From Bacteroidales bacterium (GTDB lineage Bacteria > Bacteroidota > Bacteroidia > Bacteroidales > UBA1402): 58,514 bases of DNA. Within the stretch, counting starts at the first letter, position 1. Every line of letters starts with the position of its first letter. Where the stretch lies: positions 1-58,514 of the forward strand of contig JAGDCW010000026.1 of NCBI GenBank assembly GCA_017958305.1, read 5' to 3'. The notes under the pieces are model-generated. The model worked only from the letters and a program-made list of their open reading frames with translations. It ran no database searches and was not told the origin of the DNA. Positions 1-9,999 of this stretch are shown here, piece by piece. Both the position numbers and the translations under genes were made by a program.

Positions 1-173
1 AGGACGACAACTACTGGACCAACGGCCGCACCTGGGACTACCGCGCCCGCGGCTCCATCTCGGATGTCAATCTCCAGCCTTCCGGCATCTGGGGGCACCT
101 CGATCTCTTGCTCGAGAGTCCCAAACAGCTCAACACGATGATCCAAACCCAACAACAAGGACAAGGACGATGA
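1..173 (+). CDS. 3' end of an upstream CDS entering the window (last 56 codons, product unknown)
   Basis: The frame is open from position 3 (..DDNYWTNGRTWDYRARGSISDVNLQPSGIWGHLDLLLESPKQLNTMIQTQQQGQGR*). Third-position G/C bias matches neighbouring genes. The TGA at 171-173 overlaps the next gene's ATG (ATGA at 170-173). It is absent from the ORF track because it has no start in the window. Confidence 0.5.
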   Translation, partial: DDNYWTNGRTWDYRARGSISDVNLQPSGIWGHLDLLLESPKQLNTMIQTQQQGQGR

Positions 174-1612
174 AGAAACTTCTGACAATGTTGGCGGCCG
201 CGCTGATGGCCCAGGCCGCCCTGAAGGCCGAGGTGACCCTGCCGGCTTTCTTCTCTGACAATATGGTCTTGCAGCAGCAGAGCCGCACCGCCCTCTGGGG
301 GCAGGCCAATCCTAACAAGATGCTGCGCGTCAAGCCTTCCTGGAACAACAAGGAGACCAAGGTGATGGCCGATGAGAACGGTGACTGGAAGTGCTATGTC
401 GAGACACCGGTCGCCGGTGGTCCCTATTACATCATTTTCAACGACGGGCAGGAAAAGGTCCTCGACAATGTGATGATCGGTGAACTGTGGTTCTGCTCGG
501 GCCAGTCCAACATGGAGCAGCCCATGAAAGGCTACACTTCGCAGTCGATCGAGAATGCCGAGCGCGACCTGTTCCTCTCCGGCGACGCCTCCTTGCGCCT
601 GTTCACCGTCAAGCGGGCCGCCAAGAACGAGCCGCAAGGCGATGTCGTCGGCAACTGGGCGGAAGCCGAGCCTTCGGTGGTGCAGGATTTCTCGGCCACG
701 GCCTATTATTTCGGCCGTTTCCTTCGCCAGGCGCTGCAAGTGCCCGTCGGGCTGATCGTGAGCAGCTGGGGCGGCACGCCTGCCCAGGCCTGGACCAGCC
801 GGGAAGCCCTGGCCGACTTTCCCGATTATCCGGTGCCGGGTGTGGGAGCCCGTTTCTCGGGCAGCACCCCTTCGGCCCTCTACAACGGCATGGTGCATCC
901 CTTCCTGGGGCTGGCCATGAAAGGGGTCATCTGGTATCAGGGGGAATCCAATTATGAACGCCCCGACCTCTATGCCGCTCTCTTCACGGCCATGGTCAAG
1001 TGCTGGCGCGACAACTGGGGCATCGGCGAGTTCCCCTTCTACTATTGTCAGATTGCGCCCTACGACTACAGCATCATCACCCGCGAGGGCGAGCCGGTCA
1101 TCAATTCGGCCTACCTGCGCGAAGCCCAGCTCAAGGCCGAGGAAATGATTCCCAATTCGGCCATGGTCGTGCTCATGGACGGCGGCCTGAAGGGCGGCAT
1201 CCATCCGCGCAAGAAGCAGCTGGCCGGCGAACGTCTGGCCATGAAGGCGCTGGCTGGCTCCTACGGGTTCAATATCCCGGTCGAGAGTCCCCGCCTGGCT
1301 CAGATGGCTGTCCACGACAGTGTGGCGGTGCTCACGTTCGACCATTCTCCCAAATACCTCGACTGTACCCGGGGTGAACTGAGGTGGTTTACCGTGGCCG
1401 GGGAGGACAAGGTCTTTTATCCGGCCCAGGCCAAAATCAGGTGGAATTCCAACATCATCGAGCTCCATGCCCCCGAGGTGGCTCATCCGGTGGCTGTGCG
1501 CTACGCCTTCTCCAACTGGGCCGAGGGCGACCTTTTCGGCCAGAACGGCTGGCCCGTCTCCTCGTTCCGTACCGACGACTGGCCCATCGAGCCCGAGGGC
1601 ATCAAAGAATAA
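170..1612 (+). CDS. sialate O-acetylesterase-like (SASA/SGNH-type) secreted carbohydrate esterase
   Basis: 480-aa ORF with signal peptide MKKLLTMLAAALMAQAALKA. It carries the serine block FCSGQSNMEQPM (GQSNM). Length and sequence resemble Bacteroidales 9-O-acetylesterases. Confidence 0.88.
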   Translation: MKKLLTMLAAALMAQAALKAEVTLPAFFSDNMVLQQQSRTALWGQANPNKMLRVKPSWNNKETKVMADENGDWKCYVETPVAGGPYYIIFNDGQEKVLDNVMIGELWFCSGQSNMEQPMKGYTSQSIENAERDLFLSGDASLRLFTVKRAAKNEPQGDVVGNWAEAEPSVVQDFSATAYYFGRFLRQALQVPVGLIVSSWGGTPAQAWTSREALADFPDYPVPGVGARFSGSTPSALYNGMVHPFLGLAMKGVIWYQGESNYERPDLYAALFTAMVKCWRDNWGIGEFPFYYCQIAPYDYSIITREGEPVINSAYLREAQLKAEEMIPNSAMVVLMDGGLKGGIHPRKKQLAGERLAMKALAGSYGFNIPVESPRLAQMAVHDSVAVLTFDHSPKYLDCTRGELRWFTVAGEDKVFYPAQAKIRWNSNIIELHAPEVAHPVAVRYAFSNWAEGDLFGQNGWPVSSFRTDDWPIEPEGIKE

Positions 1613-1623
1613 CCATTGCCGAT

Positions 1624-3996
1624 ATGATACGAAACAGAATCCTGGCCTTGGGCCTGCTTTTTGCCTTGTGCCTGCCGGCCTGCCGTGCCGCTGGGACGGC
1701 CTCTTCGAGTGCTTCGCTGTCTGATTTCAACCCGGTGAAGGGCTATGATGTCTGCTGGACGAGCCAGAGTGGCAATTCGAGTGAGTCGATGCCTTGCGGC
1801 GGCGGCGACATCGGACTGAATGTCTGGGTGGAGAACGGCGAGTTGCTGTTCTATGTGAACCGCAGCGGCACCTTCGACGAGGACAACACCTTGCTCAAGT
1901 TGGGCCGGGTGCGCATCAGCTTTGAGCAGCCCCTCGATTCGGGCCTTTTCTGCCAGATGCTGCAACTGGAGAAAGGCCGTGTGCTCATCTGGGCAGGGGA
2001 CGAGGAGGCCCGGACCGGCATCGAGGTCTGGACCGATGTGTTCCAGCCTGTGGTGCACGTCGATATCCACTCACCTGTCAAGCAGCGTATCCGTGCCGCA
2101 TACGAGAGCTGGCGCTATGAGGACCGCCCCTTGCGCAAGAACGAAGGCTTCATGACCTCCTACAAATGGGCTCCGCCCCGGGGACTGATGGTCAAGGGCG
2201 ACCAGATCGAAGCACATCGCCGCCATATTACCTTCCTGCACCAGAATCCCGAGTCGCCGACCATGCTGGATGTGACGGCCGAGGAACAAGGCATGGAAGC
2301 CTTGAAAGACAGTCTCTACAATCCCATCGCCAACTTGGTCTTCGGCGGCCGCCTGTCGGGCAAGGGCCTGCGTTTCGAGGACGTCGTCGATGGAAGCTAT
2401 CTGGATACCGACTACAGGGCTTTCCGGCTGAAAAGCCGCCCGGGCCGCCATCACCGCGTGCAACTGACCCTCTGCACCCTGCAGGGGAAAAAGGGCACGG
2501 CTCCGGCCAAAATCCGGAAACAATGGCTCAAGGCGCTGGCCCGGCAGGCCCGGCGCGTGCGCTACGACCGCGACCAGGCCCGTACGCTGGCCTGGTGGCA
2601 GCAGTTCTGGAACCGCAGCTATATCCGCATCAATACCGACTCCGAGCGCGCGGACGACGCTTCGTGCCAGGCCTGGGAAGTGGGCCGCAACTATCAGCTG
2701 TTCCGCTATCAGCTGGCTTGCAACGCCTACGGCCAGTGGCCCACCAAATTCAACGGCGGACTGCTCACCTTCGATCCCGTCTTTGTCAACGCCCAGCGGC
2801 CCTTCAGCCCCGATTTCCGCAACTGGGGCGGCGGCACGTTCACGGCCCAGAACCAGCGGCTGGTCTATTTCCCGATGCTCAAGAGCGGCGACGTGGACAT
2901 GATGGTCCCGCAGTTTGAGTTCTACCGGCGCCTGCAACGCAATGCCGAGTTGCGCAGCCGCCATTACTGGCAGCACGGGGGCGCCTGCTTTACCGAGCAG
3001 ATGGAGAACTTCGGCCTGCCCAATCCCAGCGAGTACACCTGGAAGCGCCCGGCCGACAGCGATGCCGGCGTGGAATACAACAAGTGGCTCGAATACCTTT
3101 GGGACACCTCGCTGGAGTTCTGCTACATGATCCTGGAGGCCCGTCGCTACGGCGGTATGGACATCGGCGAGTACATTCCGCTCATCGAAAGCTGCCTGAC
3201 CTTCTTCGACGAGCACTACCGCTATGAGGCCCGCCAGCGGGGCGAACCCGAACTGGACGACGAGGGATGCCTCAAGATCTATCCCGGCTCCGGCTGCGAG
3301 ACCTACAAACTGGCTTTGAATCCGGCATCGACCGTGGCTGCCCTGAGGGTGCTGACCGAGAGCCTGCTGGACTATCCGCTCAACGACTCGCAGCGACAGC
3401 GCTGGACGGCTTTCCTGGCCACTGTGCCCCAGCTGCCTGTACGTGAGGTGGACGGCTACCGCATGCTGGCTCCGGCCGCCGCCTGGGACCGGGTGAACAA
3501 CACGGAGGCGCCGCAGCTCTATCCCGTCTTCCCCTGGCACATCGTCGGAGTGGATTCCCCCGACCGTGAACTGGCGGTCAACGCCTATTGGCACGATCCC
3601 GATGTGAGAAAGTTCTACAGCCATGTGGGCTGGAAGCAATACAACATCTTCGCCGCCTGCCTGGGGCTGAGAGACGAGGCCAAGTCGCTCACTTTGCAGA
3701 AGTTTGCCGACGGTCCCCATCGTTTCCCGACCTTCTGGGGCCCGGGCTTCGACTGGACGCCCGACCACAACTGGGGCGGTTCGGCCATGATCGGCCTGCA
3801 GGAAATGCTGCTGCAGTGCTCCGGCGACCGCCTGATCCTGTTCCCCGCCTGGCCCCGCGACTGGGATGTCAGCTTCAAGCTGCACGCTCCCGGACAGACC
3901 GTCGTGGAGGCCACGCTCAAGGACGGGGAGATGACGGCCTTGAAAGTGACGCCCGCCGAACGGGAAAAAGACATTATTAATTGGATAAACAGATAG
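1624..3996 (+). CDS. DUF5703-like / GH95-like putative glycoside hydrolase (lipoprotein)
   Basis: The ATG at 1624 is in frame with track ORF 1384-3996 and gives the lipoprotein signal MIRNRILALGLLFALCLPAC. The upstream 80 codons overlap the esterase and look non-coding. The N-terminal block SESMPCGGGDIGLNVWVENGELLF is as I recall for DUF5703 N-domains. The gene ends with TAG at 3994-3996. Confidence 0.75.
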   Translation: MIRNRILALGLLFALCLPACRAAGTASSSASLSDFNPVKGYDVCWTSQSGNSSESMPCGGGDIGLNVWVENGELLFYVNRSGTFDEDNTLLKLGRVRISFEQPLDSGLFCQMLQLEKGRVLIWAGDEEARTGIEVWTDVFQPVVHVDIHSPVKQRIRAAYESWRYEDRPLRKNEGFMTSYKWAPPRGLMVKGDQIEAHRRHITFLHQNPESPTMLDVTAEEQGMEALKDSLYNPIANLVFGGRLSGKGLRFEDVVDGSYLDTDYRAFRLKSRPGRHHRVQLTLCTLQGKKGTAPAKIRKQWLKALARQARRVRYDRDQARTLAWWQQFWNRSYIRINTDSERADDASCQAWEVGRNYQLFRYQLACNAYGQWPTKFNGGLLTFDPVFVNAQRPFSPDFRNWGGGTFTAQNQRLVYFPMLKSGDVDMMVPQFEFYRRLQRNAELRSRHYWQHGGACFTEQMENFGLPNPSEYTWKRPADSDAGVEYNKWLEYLWDTSLEFCYMILEARRYGGMDIGEYIPLIESCLTFFDEHYRYEARQRGEPELDDEGCLKIYPGSGCETYKLALNPASTVAALRVLTESLLDYPLNDSQRQRWTAFLATVPQLPVREVDGYRMLAPAAAWDRVNNTEAPQLYPVFPWHIVGVDSPDRELAVNAYWHDPDVRKFYSHVGWKQYNIFAACLGLRDEAKSLTLQKFADGPHRFPTFWGPGFDWTPDHNWGGSAMIGLQEMLLQCSGDRLILFPAWPRDWDVSFKLHAPGQTVVEATLKDGEMTALKVTPAEREKDIINWINR

Positions 3997-3998
3997 AT

Positions 3999-6596
3999 AT
4001 GAAAAGATTGCTGATGCTGACAGGTTGCCTCCTGTCCGTGGTGGCCAGCCTCTATGCCTGGCAGCCCCAGATTTCCGTGGCCGGTTTCTTCCCCGTGGAG
4101 AACAGCGGCCGACAGGTGTTCGACTTCAATCCCGGTTGGCGCTACTACCGGGGCGATGTCGCCCAGGGCGGCAGCCTGCAACTGGACGATTCGGCCTGGG
4201 AAGTGGTGTCGGTGCCCCATACCGTGCAGCTGATGCCGGCCGAGGGCAGCGGCAGCCGCAACTATCAGGGCAAGGCCTGGTACCGCAAGCATTTTGTGGT
4301 GGATCCCGCCTTGAAGGGCCAGCGCGTGCAGCTCTATTTCGAAGCGGTGATGGGACGGGCCGATGTCTGGATCAACGGCCGGCACGTCATGCAGCATGTG
4401 GGCGGCTACCTGCCTTTTGCCGTGGTGCTCAACGACTATGGCGTGGAGGCGGGCGACAGCTGTCTGGTGGCTGTCTGCGCCGACAACAGCGACGACAAGA
4501 GCTATCCTCCCGGCAAGACCCAGTACACACTGGATTTCACCTATCATGGCGGCATCTACCGCGATGTCTGGATGATCGCCACTTCGCCGGTCTATATCAC
4601 CGATGCCGTGACCGAACGCCACTAGACGGCCGGCGGCGGTGTCTTCCTGCATTACAGCAATATTTCCGAATCCCAGGCCACGGTGCATGTCGAAACCGAG
4701 CTGGGCAACCGTGCCGCCAAGGCCGGTGCCGTCACGGTCGAGACCTCACTGTGCGACCATACGGGCAAGACCCTGTACAAATCGCGCAAGGGTGTCACCC
4801 TGCCTGCCGGCGGCTTCCAGACGGTGAGCCAGTCGTTTACCGTGAAGCGTCCGCATCTGTGGTCGCCCGAGGATCCCTATCTCTACCAGGTCAAGGTGAC
4901 GGTGCGCCAGCAGCAGCGCCCAATGGACGGTGTGATGCTCAAGGCCGGCATCCGCAAGGCTGAGTTCCGGGGCCGCGACGGCTTCTGGCTCAACGGCAAG
5001 CCCTATCATCAGCTGATCGGTGTGAACCGTCACCAGGATTTCGCCTATGTGGGCAACGCCCTGCCCAATTCCCGCCACTGGCGCGATGTGAGGATGTTGC
5101 GCGAAGGCGGCTGCACCATCATCCGTTCGGCCCATTATCCCCAGGATCCCGCCTGGATGGATGCCTGCGACGAGCTGGGCATCTTCATGATCGTACCCAC
5201 GCCGGGCTGGCAGTACTGGAACAAGGACCCGCAGTTCGAACAGTATGTGCTCGACGATGTGACGCAGATGATCCGCCGCGACCGCAACCATACCTCGGTG
5301 CTCATGTGGGAGCCCATCCTCAACGAGACACGCTTCCCGCTGGAGTTTTCCCTGAAGGCCCTGCAGCTGACCCGCGACGAGTTCCCCTATGAGGGGGCGC
5401 CCGAGGCCGTGGCCGACAAGGGCTCGGCCGGCGTGGCCGAGAACTACGGGGTGGTCTATGGCTGGCCCACCGACACGGGTACGGTGGCGCAAAGCATCTT
5501 CACCCGCGAGTTCGGCGAGAACGTCGACGACTGGTATGCCCAGAACAACAACAACCGCGCCTCGCGCAGCTGGGGCGAAGGGCCGCTCACCATCCAGGCC
5601 ATGTCGCTGGCCGAATCCTACGATGCCATGTTCCGCGGTCAGCGCCAGTTCATAGGCGGTGCCCAGTGGCACAGCTTCGACCATCAGCGGGGCTATCATC
5701 CCGATCCTTACTGGGGCGGCCAGGCCGATGCCTTCCGCCAGCCCAAATATGCCTACTACATGTTCAAGAGCCAGGTGCCGGCCTCTTGGTCGCATCCGCT
5801 GGTGGAGTCGGGCCCGATGGTCTATATCGCCCACGAGATCATGCCTTTCTCCAGCCCCGATGTGACGGTCTTCAGCAACTGCGACTCGGTCCGTCTCATC
5901 ATCCGCGAGACAGACACCATGATGCAGGCCGTGGTCCACGCCCCCGACGGCATGCCCTGCCGGCCGGTGGTCTTCAAGGATGCCTATGATTTCTGGAAGA
6001 TGCGCGAGAAGAGCTATCTGCAGAAGAACTGGCAGGCCGTGAGCTTCATTGCCGAGGGTATCATCGGCGGGCAGGTGGTCTGCCGCGAGAAGAAGATGCC
6101 TTCGCGCCGTTCGACCCGCCTGAGTTTGCGTGTCGAGGAGTCGGGCCAGCCTTTGGTGGCCGACGGCAGCGACTTTATCGTCGTGGTGGCCGAGGTGACC
6201 GATGACAACGGCAATGTGCGCCGTCTGGCCAAGGACAATATCTGGTTCACGGTCGAAGGGGAGGGCAGTATCATCGGCGATGCCGCCATCGGCGCCAACC
6301 CCCGTGCCGTGGAATTCGGCTCGGCCCCCTTGTTGGTGCGCTCGACCCTGACGCCGGGCAAGATCCGCGTCAAGGCGCGTGTCCTGTACGAAGGCCAGAT
6401 GGCTCCCCAGCCTGCCGAAATAGAGTTTGAGAGTATTCCCGCCCTGCTGCCGGCCGTCTGGTCGGAGGCTGCCGCGCCCGCCAAAAAGGCGGTTTACGAT
6501 GCTGTCCAGGACAAGCCCCAGTTAACAAATGACGAGATTAATCGTCTATTAAATGAAGTCGAACAGCAACAAACCGACTTCGGAGAAAAGAAGTAA
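3999..6596 (+). pseudogene. GH2 beta-galactosidase-like gene interrupted by one in-frame TAG (4623-4625)
   Basis: Track ORFs 3981-4625 and 4683-6596 share a reading frame. The sequence reads ..ACC GAA CGC CAC TAG ACG GCC GGC GGC GGT GTC TTC.. (..TERH*TAGGGVFLHY..). The likely start is ATG 3999 (MKRLLMLTGCLLSVVASLYA signal). The joined product of about 865 aa has GH2-like blocks (GKAWYRKHF, HQDFAYVGNA, IRSAHYPQDPAWMDACDELGIFMIV, NHTSVLMWEPILNE). Confidence 0.8.
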
Positions 6597-6607
6597 ACAA
6601 GGATAGC

Positions 6608-7360
6608 ATGGTCCACCTGGTTGTAGATAAGGGCAATTCGGCCTGCAAATGGGCCTTCTTCGAGCTGGATCCCCAACGGCCCGACCTGAAAAAGGAGCCG
6701 CTGGAGGTGGTGAGCCTTCCCACGGGAGCGTTGCTTCCCGAGGAGTGGCTGGCCAAATACCGGCCCGATGCCTGCATCTACGCCTCCGTGGGCAAGCCTG
6801 TCCCGGGCCTGACAGCATTTCTTGAGGAACGGGTGCCCTTCTTCTGCCGCTACACGCGCGAGATGAAGATTCCCATCCGCAACGCCTACCGCAGTCCCGA
6901 GACCCTGGGTCTGGACCGCCTGGCGGCTGCCGTCGGGGCCTGGACCCTGGCACCCGGCCGCTCTTCGCTCATTGTGGACATGGGGACGGCCATCACCTAC
7001 GACTTTCTCGACCGCGACGGGGTTTATCGGGGCGGCAACATCGCTCCGGGCATCTGGCTGCGTCTGAAGGTGCTCCATGAGGAGACGGCGGCCCTGCCCC
7101 TGGTCGAGGCGCGGGCGGATTTCCCCGAAATGGGCACCGATACCGAGACGGCCATCCGCGCCGGCGTGATGCAGGGCATCTGGTACGAGCTGGAAGGCTA
7201 TCGGAAGAAGTATATCGCTGAGGATGAAGGTCTTGTGACCTTCCTGACGGGCGGTGACATAAATTATTTTGAAACAAGGGCAAAAAGTGGCATCTTTGCA
7301 GCCCGAAACCTGGTCTTGACCGGGCTCAACAGAATCCTGTACGAAAATGCTCATATATAA
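6608..7360 (+). CDS. coaX: type III pantothenate kinase
   Basis: 250 aa. The N-terminal VVDKGNSACKW matches the DxGNS phosphate-1 motif of ASKHA-fold PanK-III, and there is a later GTAITYD block. Confidence 0.9.
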   Translation: MVHLVVDKGNSACKWAFFELDPQRPDLKKEPLEVVSLPTGALLPEEWLAKYRPDACIYASVGKPVPGLTAFLEERVPFFCRYTREMKIPIRNAYRSPETLGLDRLAAAVGAWTLAPGRSSLIVDMGTAITYDFLDRDGVYRGGNIAPGIWLRLKVLHEETAALPLVEARADFPEMGTDTETAIRAGVMQGIWYELEGYRKKYIAEDEGLVTFLTGGDINYFETRAKSGIFAARNLVLTGLNRILYENAHI

Positions 7361-8615
7361 AGCTCAAAGAGTGCTGTTGAAGGGCTTTTTGACGCTGTCG
7401 GCCTTGGCCTTTGCGTTGATTGCCCCGGCACAGACGAACACCAACTCCCCCTATAGCCGCTACGGCTATGGCCTGCTGCACGAGCCCCTCATGGGCCAGT
7501 CGGTGGGCATGGGCGGTGTGTCGTACGGTCTGAGGAGCAAGAACCACATCAACCCGATGAATCCGGCCTCGTATTCGGCCATCGATTCCATGACCTTCCT
7601 GATGGATGTGTCTTTCTCGGCCGAGGCTGCCACGCTGCGCGAGAACGGCGTCAAGGAGGGCAACATGGGCTATCACCTGGAGCATGTCGCTGTGAAGATA
7701 CCCCTGGCCCGCAACTGGGGCATGGCCCTGGGCCTGTACGAGTATTCGCGGCTGGGCTATGCCTACAGCAGGGTAGGGAGCCTGCCCGGCATGTCGGGCG
7801 AGGACAGAATCTCCTATCTCGAATCGTATTCGGCCAACGGCGGACTGAACAACCTGTTCATCGGTACTTCGGTGCAGTTGTTCAAGTGTTTGTCGCTGGG
7901 TGCCAACTGGAACTACAAATTCGGTACGCTCAACTACATCCAGTCGCTGACCTATCCCAACAGTTCGCTCTACGCCGGCATGGCCGTCAACGACCAGCTG
8001 GTGCTCAGCCAGTCGAACTTCGATTTCGGCATGCAGCTGCGCCTGCCCGTCTCGCGCAAGCAGGAGTTCATCCTGGGCGCCACTTACACGATGGACAAGC
8101 TCTTCCGCTCCGAGGTGTCGTCGGTGCGCGTCTCGCGCGACACGCTGACGGTGGATTCCAATTACGATTTCGGCACTCCCTCCCGTCTGGGCGTGGGTTT
8201 GAGCTACATCTACGACAACCGTGTGGTGTTGGCACTCGACTACGAGCAGCAGGGCTGGAGCAAGGTGCCTTTCTACAGCCGCCGCGACACGCTGGCCTCG
8301 ACCAGAAGGCTGGCCCTGGGCCTGGAATACCTGCCCGCCCGCCTGGGCGAACACTACTTCCAGGTGGTTAAGTACCGGCTTGGATTGCATTATTCGGAAT
8401 CATACATTAATTTTGCAGACGGAAACCTGAAGGATGTCGGTCTGTCCCTCGGCGTGGGTTTGCCGCTCAAGTCACAGCGCTCGGCGGTCAATCTGGCGTT
8501 GGAGGCCGGCAAGACCCTCACCCCATCACGGACCTATATCCAGGAGAATTATTACAAGCTTTCGGTGAGCGTGTCTTTCAACGAGACATGGTTCATGAAG
8601 CGTAAGTTTAATTGA
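7347..8615 (+). CDS. outer-membrane beta-barrel protein (conserved Bacteroidetes OMP, FadL/PorV-like)
   Basis: 422 aa with signal peptide ..LSALAFALIAPAQT followed by NSPYSRYGYGLL, an N-terminal motif common in Bacteroidetes barrel OMPs. The rest shows an alternating aromatic/hydrophilic beta-strand pattern. Confidence 0.7.
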   Translation: MLIYKAQRVLLKGFLTLSALAFALIAPAQTNTNSPYSRYGYGLLHEPLMGQSVGMGGVSYGLRSKNHINPMNPASYSAIDSMTFLMDVSFSAEAATLRENGVKEGNMGYHLEHVAVKIPLARNWGMALGLYEYSRLGYAYSRVGSLPGMSGEDRISYLESYSANGGLNNLFIGTSVQLFKCLSLGANWNYKFGTLNYIQSLTYPNSSLYAGMAVNDQLVLSQSNFDFGMQLRLPVSRKQEFILGATYTMDKLFRSEVSSVRVSRDTLTVDSNYDFGTPSRLGVGLSYIYDNRVVLALDYEQQGWSKVPFYSRRDTLASTRRLALGLEYLPARLGEHYFQVVKYRLGLHYSESYINFADGNLKDVGLSLGVGLPLKSQRSAVNLALEAGKTLTPSRTYIQENYYKLSVSVSFNETWFMKRKFN

Positions 8616-8627
8616 TACACCAAGACG

Positions 8628-9989
8628 ATGAAAAAAACTTTATTACTTGCATTGGCACTGGTAGCCGGTACTTCCCTGTATGCACAGAAAGGTGTCGAAG
8701 ACGGCTCCAAGTACGGACATGGAGAAGACAGTATCCGCTGCAGGCAGAATCTGAGCCTGTGCTATACTTATATCACCCAGAACGATTACGCCACCGCGCT
8801 GGAATTCTGGGAAATCGCCTACAACGAATGTCCGGCCTCCTCGGTCAACCTCTACAACTACGGTACCCGTATCCGTACCTGGCAGTTGAAGAACGAGAAG
8901 GATCCTGCCAAGAAGATGGAATATTTCAACCTGTTGATGCAGGTCTATGACCAGCGCATCCGGTATTTCGGCGACTATGCCCGTATGCCGGCACCCTCGG
9001 TGCTCGGCCGTAAGGCTGCCGACTATCTGGTGCTCCATCCCGACGGCGAGAACAGCGACAAGCAGCCCGCCTACGAATGGCTCAAGACCTGCGTGGAGCA
9101 GTCTTCCGTAAGCCAGTTCGACCCGGCCTATGCCCGCTATTTCATCATCGCCTCGCGTTCGCTGCTCGACAAGGTGCCCGGTCACAAGACCCAGTTCCTG
9201 AGCGACTATCTGGCCATCTCCGACATGCTCAACCGCAAGCTGGCCGAAGAGACCGATCCCGCCGCCCAGGCCAAGATCAAGGGCTACAAGCAGGACGTCG
9301 ACGACCTGCTGGTCAATTCCGGTGTGGCCGACTGCGCCAGCATGGAGGAGATCTTCGCCCCCGACCTGGAAGCCAACAAGGCCGATCCCGTCTGGCTGGA
9401 CAAGGTCATCACCCTGTTCAAGCGGGCCAAATGCACCGAGACCAACGTCTATTTCCAGGCTTCGCAGTATGCCCATGAAGTACAGCCCACGGCCGAGTCT
9501 GCCGAAGGTTGCGCCTACATGTGCATCAAGAAGGGCGACTACCTGAAGGCTGCCGAATACCTCAAGGAGGCTGTCTCCCTGGAGACCGACAACGAGAAGA
9601 AGGCCGAATACGAATATGTGGCCGCTTCGGCACTGTTTGCCGGCAAGTCCTACGCCGAGGCCCGCCGCCATGCCCTGGAGGCTGTCAACTACAAGGCCGA
9701 CTACGCCGATCCCTATATCCTCATTGCCAAGATGTATGCCAACAGTGTGGATATGTTCGAAGACGCCGTCACCCGCCGCGCCGTCTATTGGGTGGCTGTT
9801 GACAAGCTGGAGAAGGCCAAGTCGGTCGATCCTTCCGTGGCCGAGACGGTCAACGACCTGATCCGTAAATACCGCGAGCAGTATCCGCGTTCGGAGGATG
9901 TCTTCATGCACCCCGAGGTCGACGAAGGCAAGCCTTACACCGTCAAGGGCTGGATCAACGAGAGAACCATCGTCCGTTCCAAGAACTGA
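8628..9989 (+). CDS. secreted TPR-repeat protein
   Basis: 453 aa with signal peptide MKKTLLLALALVAGTSLYAQ. It has repeated A/Y/L-rich helical-pair segments (e.g. GDYLKAAEYLKEAVSLE, KSYAEARRHALEAVNYK). Confidence 0.75.
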   Translation: MKKTLLLALALVAGTSLYAQKGVEDGSKYGHGEDSIRCRQNLSLCYTYITQNDYATALEFWEIAYNECPASSVNLYNYGTRIRTWQLKNEKDPAKKMEYFNLLMQVYDQRIRYFGDYARMPAPSVLGRKAADYLVLHPDGENSDKQPAYEWLKTCVEQSSVSQFDPAYARYFIIASRSLLDKVPGHKTQFLSDYLAISDMLNRKLAEETDPAAQAKIKGYKQDVDDLLVNSGVADCASMEEIFAPDLEANKADPVWLDKVITLFKRAKCTETNVYFQASQYAHEVQPTAESAEGCAYMCIKKGDYLKAAEYLKEAVSLETDNEKKAEYEYVAASALFAGKSYAEARRHALEAVNYKADYADPYILIAKMYANSVDMFEDAVTRRAVYWVAVDKLEKAKSVDPSVAETVNDLIRKYREQYPRSEDVFMHPEVDEGKPYTVKGWINERTIVRSKN

Positions 9990-9999
9990 TTTGCCTCTC

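Noticed and set aside
1384-1623. An N-terminal 80-codon extension of the DUF5703-like ORF that overlaps the esterase gene.
   Set aside because: The extension is Gly/Arg/Pro-rich and out of character. The internal ATG at 1624, 12 nt after the esterase stop, yields a canonical lipoprotein signal peptide.
2071-3885. Long antisense ORFs in general: 38-1486(-), 2071-3885(-), 3615-4688(-), 4746-5939(-), 8643-10160(-), 10815-12065(-), 15854-16852(-), 16914-17954(-), 17915-19057(-), 25632-26552(+), 29745-30905(+), 31224-32144(+), 32906-33889(-), 47238..49136(-), 50280-51782(-), 51798-52982(-) and 52979-54361(-).
   Set aside because: Each one overlaps a confidently identified gene on the opposite strand. 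Their products are Gly/Ala/Arg/His-rich and low-complexity without family motifs. This is expected from stop-codon depletion in high-GC genomes.
4623-4625. The in-frame TAG in GH2 as evidence of stop-codon reassignment or pyrrolysine.
   Set aside because: TAG terminates other well-defined genes in the same window (the DUF5703-like gene at 3994-3996 and nadC at 44242-44244). There are no Pyl machinery genes and no multiple in-frame TAGs.
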